This document shows positions 1 through 11,329 of a stretch of 64,000 bases of DNA, in pieces (the stretch's first letter is position 1; each line of letters opens with the position of its first letter). The position numbers and the translations under genes are program-made. The notes below the pieces were generated by a model, which worked only from the letters and a program-made list of their open reading frames with translations, searched no databases and was not told the DNA's origin. Source of the stretch: Eledone cirrhosa (lineage: Eukaryota); NCBI GenBank assembly GCA_964016885.1, contig OZ024740.1, forward strand, positions 200,260,001 to 200,324,000, given 5' to 3'.

Positions 1-280
1 AGTGAATCGCTACGCTCGCTCTGCTAGAATAGAAGCTACTGTGTATCCGAGAGTCGGTAAAAACAAACATCTCTTACTCCAAAATCTCATGGAGGGTACA
101 GTGCTGAGCTGGTTTTATTATGACTCTTCTTATTACCGCTCCATATCCCTATTTCGTGTAATTAAACTGACGTCATTTTATTAAATTATCTAAGCAGAAA
201 ACGAAATATTTTCGTTTGTGTTCGTATCATTTTTATGTAAAAAATGTACTTTTCATTTTTCACGCATGTTTTCACTTTAC

Positions 281-470
281 AGATACACTATGAAACATAC
301 TCACATATATTTAGATCAGCAGACGTACTGCTGTAAGAGTAGTATGTGTACTAGTGGTGTCATATTTCAGAAGATGCGTCTACGTTCCTACAATATATTA
401 TAATTGTTGACAGCCTTGTTTATTTTTAAAATTATTTATTCGCGAAAGAAATATAATTCCAGTGTTTAAT
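281..470 (+). pseudogene. Possible terminal exon of a GPI-anchored Ly6/uPAR (three-finger)-like pseudogene
   Basis: Follows acceptor-like tttcactttacag. Reads ...QTYCCKSSMCTSG...SYNIL*LLTALFIFKIIYSRKKY: CCxxxxC(N) motif, then a hydrophobic tail with an in-frame stop. Downstream DNA is paralogous to about 25140-25435. Confidence 0.35.
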
Positions 471-829
471 TTATGAAGTAACATACTTCAGGGAAATCTC
501 AAGACGGTGTTCATTTTACTGTCTTTCATTACTATGTGATAATATCTATTTCTCATTTCTAAATGTCCACGAGGGAGGATGTAAGTGTCTGACAACACAA
601 AAACTTCTCATAAATATATATCTATGAGTTTATTTATCCATTTAACAAAGTAGGTTGAAAGGTCCATCTATTCTCGTTGTGAATATATTATATTACTGAT
701 ATGTTTAAACTATATAAATCCTCAGTATAAACAATGTATTTTTATAACCATTGAGAGAGTTATAAAATTTTATCATTAAGGTGACACAGATTTAATGACT
801 TCACCGCACGTATTTCCCTATGCAAATAA

Positions 830-1093
830 TTATTTGCAGGTTACTTGATACTCCAATAACATCTATTAGAATGCCAGTGGCAGGTTGATTTCGAGTCCGG
901 CGAGTGATTCGCACCAGTTATTTACCACTCAAGTGACTAATAGGCCCAAAGTATTGATTATAATCAATATGTTGGGCCTATTAGTCCCTTGAGTGGTAAA
1001 CAACTGGTGTGAATCAACTCGCGGGACTCGAAATAACACCTGCCTCTGGCATTCTATGAGATGTTATTGGAGTATCCAGTAACCTGGAAATTA
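830..1093. repeat. Imperfect loop-less palindrome, arms about 130 bp
   Basis: ggttacttgatactccaataacatc...ggcccaaagtattgatta|taatcaatatgttgggcc...gatgttattggagtatccagtaacc, centred near 960. Confidence 0.9.
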
Positions 1094-1129
1094 ACTTGGA
1101 TTCGGAATTAACTGGCATTCGGAACAATT

Positions 1130-1360
1130 AGTGATTGCCAAGCGTGAACATCAGAAAAGACAGAGCTTAGCCCTGTACAACACCAATGACTCAGCAACCT
1201 GAAGTCATATGAACGGCCGCGCCATAGAGGTGTCGAGAAAAGATCATATAAGTATCTTCAACCAACTTAACCATTTAGTCCATGCTAGAATGAAGTGGAG
1301 AAGGGTTCACCGTCTCGGAGATAAGTCTTTCATCAGGAAAGTTTGGATAAGGAGGGAACA
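1130..1360 (-). mobile_element. Degraded non-LTR (RTE-like) reverse transcriptase fragment
   Basis: Minus strand reads GVVQG*ALSFLMFTL, resembling the RT motif GVxQGxxLSPxLF. Confidence 0.45.
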
Positions 1361-1974
1361 GGTATATTATATACCGTATATATATCCACAAGGAATCGTG
1401 TGTGTATGTTATTAGTATGTCGTACAGTTGTCATAGATAAAAACTTGTTTAGAAGTTCTCATTCCAGTCAAGTGTGGGAGGGTAGTGCTCAAATATGATG
1501 TTAATTTGGACAAGTTTCTGTAGAAATAGTCGTGTGTTTATACAAGCTTTATGTACTTGTGTTAACAGCAGTAGTGGGGGATTAACATACTGAGTGTATC
1601 CGTGATACAATATAGTCAGCCTTATTACACATGTTCATAATAAGTTTAACAGCAGATTACCTTAAGGATGTAAATGCATGTGAAATCCTGAGAAACGCAC
1701 AATATAACTGAATGTGCGGATAAAAATATCATAGAAGCCTGTTGGATAGACTTTACATATCATGCAATTATCCACCCCTCCCACCAACTGTGTTACGCTA
1801 AGTTGGTCTTATATTACTTATATTACTAATGCCTTTGAAATATGTAGCGATATGCACACAAATATCAATGAGTACGCGATTGCGATTTGTTTGATTGGAG
1901 ATTGATTGAGAACCCAATTATATGCAACTTCGAAAGACTTGAACGAAAACCTACCTGGTTAGTTTGACAAATTA

Positions 1975-2187
1975 TTTAATATATGAGTGTATAGAGAAAG
2001 CACCTGAAAGTTCAGTGAATATATGTGTGTATTGAAACATTTCCCTTCGTTAAGTGAATACAGGGGTGCATGAAGAAACACCTTCTCGGTAACTGAATAT
2101 ATTAATGCATAGAGAAAAGCTTGGTTCATGATACGAATATATATATATCGTAATAATAATAAATGTGAATCTATCTATCTATCTGTA

Positions 2188-2247
<60 letters not shown>

Positions 2248-2630
2248 AATTTATCTATCTATCTATCTATCTCTCTATATATATATGAATGTATGATAAA
2301 ACTATTCGATCTTTATGTGAATGCAGTACTGTATGGTCATATCATTGATAGTTATGTGAATTATGAGTGAATGAAGAAGCTCCCAGTCGTTAAGTGAATA
2401 TATGAGTGTATGGAGCAACTTTTTTTCGTTAAGTGAATATGTTAGTGTATAAAAAACTATGTTGCTGTTATGTCTTGTCATTACTTGAATATATGAGTGT
2501 ATGAAATGCCCGCTGTTGCTTAAGTGAATAAATGAGTGTATGAAAAACTCCCTGGTGTTAAGTGAACGAATAAGTGTATGGAGAAACTACCTGCCCTAAT
2601 GTCATTAATTGAGTGTTTGAATAAATTTCT
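1975..2630. repeat. Degenerate 38-40 bp minisatellite interrupted by (TCTA)n
   Basis: gttaagtgaatatatgagtgtatgga recurs at about 2011, 2049, 2089, 2389, 2428, 2519, 2557. Confidence 0.8.
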
Positions 2631-2715
2631 TGTCATTACGTCTTTATCAGAAATATGATTAATGGCAGGTTTTTCTTGATAATAGAAATCAAAAGGTGGC
2701 TGTATTATTTCATAT

Positions 2716-2903
2716 AATTGTTTCTACTTTTGGCACAAGGCCAGCAAATACCCAGTGTATTACTGCTACTTTATTTTATCGACCCCATAAGGATGAAAGG
2801 CAAAGTTAAACTCGGCGGGATTTGAAATCAGAATGGCAAGGGCCATAACTCTATGCGTCAAAGCATGGCGTCCGACCCTCTACGGATACTGCCAATCCAC
2901 CGC
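2716..2903 (-). mobile_element. tRNA-derived SINE, family A
   Basis: Minus strand has A box TGGCAGTATCCG, B box ATTTCAAATCC and central GCCTTTCATCCTTATGGGGTCGATAAAATAAAGTA; about 10 copies in window. Confidence 0.9.
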
Positions 2904-3300
2904 TGTATTATCTCAGATAATGAGATTTATTCACTATCAGTAACATATGTTATTGTAGTGGGAGAGATTAAATGAGAAATGGACGGATTTTCCATTAACA
3001 ATGCCATTTCTAAACGTATTCATTCACATGTTTCCTTTTTTATCTCCTTCATCCGGAAAAATATATAAGCCAGTTGAAATAATATAGACGTAAATGGTGT
3101 TATGCCTAAAGTTGAATATTTACTTCTAATACTTCAAATGCAACAAGGAATCTTTCATGTGAAAAATGCCTGTCATCTTATAATTATATAGGCAAATCCT
3201 GCAAGTATGGAGTACGTAGAATTATGTAATTATAATGTCATGTGTGTAGTAAAAAAAATCAATGTGGCTTTTAGTAATCATTGTTCTAACTAAACCGGAG

Positions 3301-3341
<41 letters not shown>

Positions 3342-3399
3342 ATTATATATATATATATATATACAATACACACACACATATATATATATATATATTTTT

Positions 3400-3587
3400 T
3401 AGGAACGATCGACTTTCGTCAAATCGGACCGAGGGAACAATGTTTCCGTTGGTCTTTCCAATTGCTAATACTATCTATCGGTCGCAACTCCAGGTAGAAG
3501 GAGCAACGCGAAATAAAGTGTCTTGCTCAAGGACATAACGCATCACCTGGTCCAGGAATCGAAATCACAACCTTACGATTGCGAATC

Positions 3588-3590
<3 letters not shown>
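3400..3590 (-). mobile_element. tRNA-derived SINE fragment, family B
   Basis: gaaataaagtgtcttgctcaaggac...ccaggaatcgaa (B box on minus strand); related to 44340-44580 and 48615-48800. Confidence 0.7.
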
Positions 3591-3632
<42 letters not shown>

Positions 3633-4408
3633 GTATATATGTATATAATACACGCACACATATATATATATATATACTCCGGTTTAGTTAGAAGAATGAT
3701 TACTAAAATCCACATTGATTTTTTTACTACACACATGACATACAGTTTGTAGTTACAGTTTTGGTGGCAGTTTTATTTTCAGGTTCCACGACTATTCCTT
3801 AGTGCCATCTCAACATATTCCACCTCACTTGTTTAAGTGTATGTATGTATGAATGTGTTTTTGTATGTATGTAAGAGGTATATGTATGTATTTATGAATG
3901 TAACATGTAAGTATGCCCAGACATACGAATAAAATATGTCTCCCTAAATATGGTAACAGGGAAAGACTTCCATCAACGGAAACTATCTCTGCCATTTCTA
4001 TACCGAAACTCACTTTAGAGAGTTCCTCGTGGTGAGCAACAAGCATGGAAGTCAGATGACCACATTTTTTATTGTAAGACAATCCTTTGTGAGTAAGGTT
4101 TGTCTGTGTATAACCTGGTTGAAGAGAACGTACATCCCATGATTGTATTAGATCTCGTCAGTAAAGCTTAAGCTCTCAGCAAGTTAATATTTAATATGTA
4201 AATAGGAACGAGTATACACTAAACATATGTGTCAACATATAATGGTGTAAACACGCCTATATATAAAGAGAGATTTACACACACACATAAACGTACTCAC
4301 ATAGAGAAACACATACATACACAAAAAACGCACACACGCACGCACAAACACACACACATATATACACACACACAGACACACACACACACACATATATATA
4401 TATATTTA

Positions 4409-4540
4409 TTAATATATTCTGGAGAAATCCATTGTATTGATTGAAACGTTCGTAAATCAATTAGACAATTTAATATAATTTAATCGTGCTTATTTTTATT
4501 CATTATATACACACACACACACACACACACATACACACAC

Positions 4541-4610
<70 letters not shown>

Positions 4611-4707
4611 ATAATGAATAAAAATAAACAGGATTTAATTATATTAAATTATTTAATTGATTTACGAACGTTTCAATCAATACAATGGATTTTGCCAGAA
4701 TATATTA
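4409..4707. repeat. Palindrome centred on (CA)n(TA)n(TG)n
   Basis: Arms of about 100 bp unique sequence; the two strands give the near-identical ORFs MIYERFNQYNGF (4275..4460 minus, 4657..5043 plus). Confidence 0.9.
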
Positions 4708-4932
4708 AACAACATAAATAACAATTATTTATCAATCACATATATATGCTGTGTTTCTAAACTTCTTCCGACACCTGTTTCTGTCATGATGAAATATTGT
4801 CGTTTGATACTTTTGATGCACCTTTGTTCCCCTTCATTTAACGTTAATCTTATATCTATTATATTCTCTTTATATTTGCTTTTTGTTTTTTCCAACAATG
4901 ATACGTTTTTTACATATTGTTATACAATAGAT

Positions 4933-5120
4933 AATTGTTTCTACTTTAGGCACAAGGCCAACAATTATCCCAGTGTATTACTGGTACTTTATTTTATCGA
5001 CCCCGTAAGGATGAAAGGCAAAGTTAACCTCGGCGGGATTTGAACTCAGTCCGTAAAGAGACGTAACTGTGCTGCAAAGCATGGCGCCCGACCCTCTACC
5101 GATACTGCCAATTCACCGCC
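4933..5120 (-). mobile_element. SINE family A with target-site duplication
   Basis: Full family A copy; tgttatacaatagataat repeated at about 4918 and 5129. Confidence 0.92.
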
Positions 5121-6250
5121 CTATCCTATGTTATACAATAGATAATGTACGATAAAACCATCCGATAAATTTCAACCAATAACGAATATGTAAGTTAAAC
5201 TTAGTCAATTTAAGACACAAGATATGTTTTTTTATAATCTAAGATTAGAAATAGCAGAAGTATCAGATAAGCAGTTTCAAGTTTTGTTAAGATTAGTAAC
5301 TGATTAGTTAGGTCATGGTTATAGTGTGGTTGTTGTGTTTTTACAAAGACAGTTTCCTTTTGAGAGTGGGTGGTGTGATACTGAGGTATTCATAACTTAA
5401 CCAGTAACACTATATTTTAAAGTGAGTGTGTCTGTGAAACATCGTTTCCAAATAAAAAAGTATATATATATGAATATGACTCTACGTTATATAACTAAAA
5501 TAATTAATGCGCGTACATTTGGCAATGTAATTAATTAAAGATTAAATTTTTTTGCTTAAACACAAACATAAAATTATTTATTACAATTTTACCGTAAATA
5601 TAACAATATTATTGTTATCTTTCGATGAGTAGAAAATAGCCTAGGAAATGCATAATGGAAATTTTTATTTTTGTATGTGCAAAGGAAGGGCTGAAATTAA
5701 TTACACTTTCCTTTTTTCAAAGCATAGCTTTCAATTGAAAATCCAAAGGCATATCTATATTAAATCGTTTGATGCTGTGTTTAAATTCGTTGTCAAATAA
5801 GTGCATGCCATGTAAATTTAGACAGAAAGATTCAGCTATATTCCACATTTTTGCTCCCAAAAGAATACTCCCTAGACAAAATCATGGGAGTTATATTATG
5901 ATAAGGAGAAAATAATCTCTGAAATGCACAACGATAACTCCATGTCAATTTCTGCGTACAGAGTGAATACTGGAAAATGTTTTACTTTCATTCTTTACAC
6001 AACGATGCATGTAATTAAAAAGGAGACTGGATTTATATATCCATTAAATGTACAATAAATCTCTTAATATTCGGTGTGCTTCAGTTCTCTCTCTCACTAA
6101 CACATACAAACACACACGCATATATATATACACACACACATATATATATATATATAACGAAGGAAATGTGGTAAGGAACCAGATGGACCATAACGCACCG
6201 AAGTACTCAATACTAGAGGCTTGAGCTCTGCCGTCGGCGTCATACTTGTT

Positions 6251-6323
<73 letters not shown>

Positions 6324-6347
6324 GTATTTATTAAAATAACAGATACA

Positions 6348-6398
6348 AGTTTAAGCAAAGAATCGCTGCTTTCACCCTTAAGGGGATCTTCTGAAACT
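6348..6398 (-). ncRNA. Hammerhead-like fold (type I) with variant core CAGAAGA
   Basis: AGTTT-CAGAAGA-TCCCCTTAAGGGT-GAA-AGCA-GCGATTCTT-TGCT-T-AAACT: stems I, II and III all pair; further copies at 9048-9098 and 13092-13142. Confidence 0.55.
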
Positions 6399-7429
6399 GA
6401 CAGAATCAATCTGTGAACGCAGAAGTGAATATTTCAAAAAACGTTGCAACCGGAGGAAGACAGGAAGACGATACTTTGGTTCGTGGTAACGTTCCCTGGC
6501 AAAGAACGGGAAAAAACGAATATAATACGTCATTATTTGGAGCGGTGAAACACAATTACACGCAAAGACAAAACCACGTTTATGGTATAAAAGAAGTCGT
6601 AGACTAATATTCTATTAGGTGGTTCATAGAGACGTTCTCTGGCAATGAACGGAAAAGACGAAGATAGTAAGTCATATGTGAAGCGGGGAGAACAATTGCA
6701 CGCAACGACAAAACCGTATAACTGAAGTCGTAGACTAAAATTCTAACTAGAAAACCGAATGATTCTTGGCTTCAGAGTTAAGAATAAAGTAAATAAAATA
6801 CAGAGGTAAATGAAATTAAATAAATTCATACACGCATCGATATACGTACAATCACAAGCATACGCGAAAACACTCGCTATAGGTATACAAATACACGCAC
6901 GTACACAAAAAAAAACATTTAAAAAACCGCACGCACATACAGAACACACGCAAAGCATGTACCCGCACGCATACGACTGTATACACCAAATACACATAAT
7001 AATATATATTAAAAAAAATATATATATATGTGTGTGTGTGTATACATATAATTAAATAAACGTATATAAATAAATAAATACGTATATAACAAGCGCGCAC
7101 ACATACCTACATGTAAATACACTTATGTTCGGAGACGTACGTCAACCAAAACACGAAGTACACATATACACACACCCTGCATACGTACGAACCCGCATAC
7201 TCACACAGACGCAAAACTCACGTATACACAACCAAAAGCATACGTACGAGAAAAAATAATATATACGCCATAACATATACAAGCAAATAAATATACGTAC
7301 GAGAAAGTGTACGAACCTTCACAAAACATACAGGTAATATATACTTACCTATACAAATAAGTAATGGTATAAACATAACATATACTTAGCTACCTCATCA
7401 AGACGTAAAATATCCACGTATGGTTCGTA

Positions 7430-7985
7430 CTATCCGTTACGGTAAAATGTGGGGCTGTAATACAGGAAAGTTTTGTGCAATTTATGTTTACAACCCGAAA
7501 TTGCCTCAGATTTTTTGTTTAAGATGTGGTCTGTGGCGTAGAGTATTTCCAGGGCCTCAGCGGCGCAGAGGTCACATGGTATTGTATTTCCCTTATACGA
7601 TCTACCCCTAGCTAGGATCTCCCAGTGTAACTTATATTGGTTTATATTGGTTGTGGTTGTCTTTTAGACTCCAGATATAAGCTGAAAGTGACGTCATATT
7701 CCTTCTTAAAGGGTACCGAAAAGAATTGGTATGCATGTAAAGACACTGCTTTAATCTATTGGCGGTTAACCCTATGTCGGCCCTACGGGACGTGGGTGTT
7801 TCAACCTTACATTTGTACACACTGTTACTAGAGAGGAATTTCCCAGATAGGAGGCAGTCAATCCGATTCCTACAATTACAGTTAGTACTAACTACAGGGT
7901 TGCACGTATTCCTACGGCTAGGTAGCTTAGCTAAATTTGAAGCTGTGATTTTATGTACAAGGTTAGGAGTCGTAGAGTAAGACAT
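7430..7985 (-). pseudogene. Penelope GIY-YIG endonuclease C-terminal fragment
   Basis: CNCR..DCLLSGK..SVYKC..ADIGLT..H..SF..TSLSAYIWSLK, then after a frameshift CDLCAAEALEI..ILNKKSEAISGCKH. Confidence 0.88.
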
Positions 7986-9541
7986 TTTAATAGTATTTAA
8001 TAGTATCTCTATTAAATATGTTACTATAATTTTACGTCTTGATGTGGTAGCTAGGTATATGATATGTGTATACCATTACTTATTTGTATAGGTAAGTATA
8101 TATTACCTGTATGTTTTGTGAAGGTTCGTATACTTTCTCGTACGTATATTTGCTTGTATATGTTATGGCATATGTATTATTTTTTCTGGTACGTATGCTT
8201 ATAGTTATGTGTATACGTGAGTTTTGCGTCTGTGTGAGTATCCGGGTTCGTACGTATGCAGGGCGTATGTATATGTGTACTTCGTGCTTTGGTTGACGTC
8301 GTCTCCGAAGATAAGTATATTTACATGTAGGTATGTGTGTGCGCTTGTTTTATACGTATTTATTTATTTATATACGTTTATTTAATTATATGTATACACG
8401 CTCAAACACACACATACATATATATACTTTTTTTGAAATATATTTTTATGTGTATTTGGTGTATACAGTCGTATGCGTTCGGGTACAGGCGTTGCGTATG
8501 TTCTGTATGTGCGTGCGATTTTTTTTTGGGGGGGGGGGTTGTGTACGTGCGTGTATTTGTATACCTATAGCAAGTGGTTTCGCGTATGCTTGTGATTGTA
8601 CGTATATCGATGCCTGTATGTATTTATTTTATTTCATTTACCTCTGTATTTTATTTACTTTATTCTTAACTCAGAAGCCGAGAATCATTCGGTTTCCTAG
8701 TTTGAATTTAGTCTACGACTTCATTTATACCATTTTCGGGTTTTGTTTTTGCCTGCAATTGTTCTCCCCGCTTCACATATTACGTATTATCTTCGTTGTT
8801 TCCGTTCTTTGCCAGAGAACGTCTCTATGAACCACCTAATAGAATATTAGTCTACGACTTCTTTTATACCATAAACGTGGTTTTGTCTTAGCGTGTAATT
8901 GTTTTTCACCGCTCCAAATAATGACGTATTATATTCGTTTTTTCCCGTTCTTTGCCAGGGAACGTTTCCACGAACCAAAGTATCGTCTTCCTCCGGTTGC
9001 AACGTTTTTTGAAATATTCAATTCTACGTTCACAGATTGACTTTGTTAGTTTCAGAAGATCCCGTTAAATGTGAAAGCAGCGGTTCTTTGCTTAAACTTT
9101 AATCTGTTATTTTAATAAATATATACACTATGGTTCTTATATATTTGATATATATTTATCCTTATCGAGTCGTCTTTGGTTTTTAGTTTTCAAATTTATT
9201 ATTATTACTATATATATATATATATATATATATATCATAAAACATGTCTATAGAATCACAAGATAAAATATATCTATTTCCTCTCCCAATTAGCATAATT
9301 AACCATATAAAAATCGAATACACCAGGCTATAAGAATGAGACTTCTATGAAGAAATCTCCGACAAATAACCGAAACTTGCGCTTCGCGTCGGCCGTAGCG
9401 GAATATTTATCGAATATTTCGACAGCGTAATCGTCCAGATATAGTCAACTAAACAGAATTAGGTGTAAAATAAACTAGGAGAAAATAGAATACATTTAAT
9501 TTTTAAGACCATTAAATGTATTCTATTTTCTCCTAGTCTAG

Positions 9542-9622
9542 ACTCCCTGATGACGTAAGGTTTCTCTATGGATATGCTCCGTAACCATATTTATCCCCTT
9601 ACAGATACTAATTAGTTGGAGT
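9542..9622 (+). ncRNA. Type I hammerhead ribozyme, core mutated (GATA for GAAA)
   Basis: ACTCC-CTGATGA-CGTAAGG...CCTTACA-GATA-CTAATTAG-TT-GGAGT. Confidence 0.7.
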
Positions 9623-10067
9623 GAAATTTTAGTAAGTAAGTCAATTTTCATAACTTTCTTATTTACGTCTTTCATATAATTGTTCTGCATCCCTTTGCAT
9701 AGAACCACAAAGTTACTAACACAAAACATATATATTTGCTAGCATAGGTATGCATCTGTATACATATGTTGGTAGATATACTAATTCTTTATTATTATCT
9801 CCAAATTATTTGTTGAGCAAAACTTGCCGAAATTACTACTATGATTAATAGTAGTGGCTAAGCCCTGTTTTAATAGCACCCCCACTCCTCACTGATTAAC
9901 CTCAGTGTCACGTGATTGATTCTTTTGAATTTGCCACTTGACCAAGTAGGCAGTGAATTTTTCAGTGTCTTGGAATCTAGTCCCCGATCGCTTTTTTCCA
10001 TCCACTGAATTATTTTTATATAAGTTCCCAGTGTCCTCGCATTGCCTGGAAGCTTAGCTGAGAATAG

Positions 10068-10147
10068 ACTTCCTGATGACGTAAGGTTTCTCTATGGATA
10101 CTCTCCGTAACCATATTATCCCCTTACAGAAACTAATTAGTTGGAGT
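10068..10147 (+). ncRNA. Type I hammerhead ribozyme, intact core
   Basis: ACTTC-CTGATGA-CGTAAGG...CCTTACA-GAAA-CTAATTAG-TT-GGAGT; palindromic stem III. Confidence 0.85.
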
Positions 10148-10317
10148 GAGATTTTAGTAAGTAAGTCAATTTTCATAACTTTCTTATTTACGTCTTTCAT
10201 ATAATTGTTCTGCATCCCCTTGCATAGAACCACAAATTTACTAAGACAAAACATATATATTTGCTAGCATAGGTATGCATCTATATACATATGTTGGTAG
10301 ATATACTAATTCTTTAT

Positions 10318-10367
<50 letters not shown>

Positions 10368-10370
10368 TGT

Positions 10371-10795
10371 ATGTATGATATATTTGGCAATTTACGTATG
10401 TTTAATTAAAACAATTTTTAAGACCATACGTTATCGGCGAAATTCTAACAGTCTGTTTCACGCTGTTTGTATACATGAGTGTACGTATAATGGCAATATA
10501 CCGTATGTTTAATTAAAAAGATTTCGCTATTTCAGGGCAGCAATACTAATACCTAATTTTGGCTGGACCGGCAATCGCTCTGTATACTCAGCTTCTATAA
10601 GAATCCAGATTCTATAATTTTCGGTGGAAGCAGGGAGTACGTGGCTCTGATGATCGCTAAAAAGCGTGAAACAGACTTCTCTCCCTGCTTTCGCCGAAAA
10701 GAAGTAAGTGACATAGTCACTACTTTAAACCGATAGCGTATGGCCTTCAAAATGTTTTTAATTAAACATACGGTATATTGCCAAATATACTATAC
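10371..10795. mobile_element. MITE-like element with about 65 bp terminal inverted repeats
   Basis: ggcaatttacgtatgtttaattaaaac...catacgttatcgg versus ccgatagcgtatgg...ttaattaaacatacggtatattgcc; extra internal TIR copy at about 10491. Confidence 0.65.
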
Positions 10796-10843
10796 ATACA
10801 TCGCTCTTTCAGAGTATACATCGCTCTTTCAGAGCACCAATCC

Positions 10844-10876
<33 letters not shown>

Positions 10877-11329
10877 ACAAGTATGTGTATTTTGTATATC
10901 TAATGGTATACGGTATGTTCACAAATAAACATTTGAGAGCCTTTATATATGAATTTTGGAAGTGGCTCCTCCATCAGCTTCCAAAATTCTTAGTTAAAGG
11001 CTTTACAATGTGTATTCGTAAACATATCAACACATTAGTTTGTATTCCGATTCAAACCTATTTATGGTCAGATAATATCTTGTATAATTAAGAATTTAAT
11101 AAAATTAGCTCACTGATGAAGTTTGCTTCTTGACGTTAAGATTTCCCCATTAAATTTATGAACATTTAGTAGAACTATATTGTGCTAATGAAATGTAAGT
11201 AATATTTAAATGTTCTTATTGATTATATGATTTTTATGCAAGATATTAACATTTTTATATTAACAATATCTATGTGAGTTCCCTTTGCTCCTGGTATGTT
11301 AGCGCCAGATGTTACATCAGAATTTTCAT

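Larger units (their letters stand above)
6325..9210 (-). mobile_element. Penelope-like element, 5'-truncated, with about 1.1 kb inverted pLTR arms
   Basis: Arms about 6325-7412 and 8027-9120 are reverse complements and enclose a GIY-YIG fragment; both ends abut (TA)n. Confidence 0.9.
9537..10320 (+). mobile_element. ORF-less tandem repeat (period 526 bp) with hammerhead ribozymes; retrozyme or PLE pLTR-like
   Basis: About 1.5 units; CTGATGA cores at 9547 and 10073; same family at 55613-56780. Confidence 0.85.

Noticed and set aside
1975-2630. CRISPR-like repeat/spacer look of the 39-bp array
   Set aside because: Repeats are degenerate, linkers are short and mutually similar, there are no cas genes, and the context is eukaryotic.
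6743-8830. Paired Cys-rich hydrophobic ORFs (6743, 6852, 8333)
   Set aside because: Low-complexity TG-rich Penelope pLTR sequence duplicated by inversion.
9538-9729. Recurrent 63-79 aa ORF MFCLSNFVVLCKGMQNN (also at 10054, 55674, 56644)
   Set aside because: It is antisense to the hammerhead repeat, its end varies, and conservation is explained by repeat identity.
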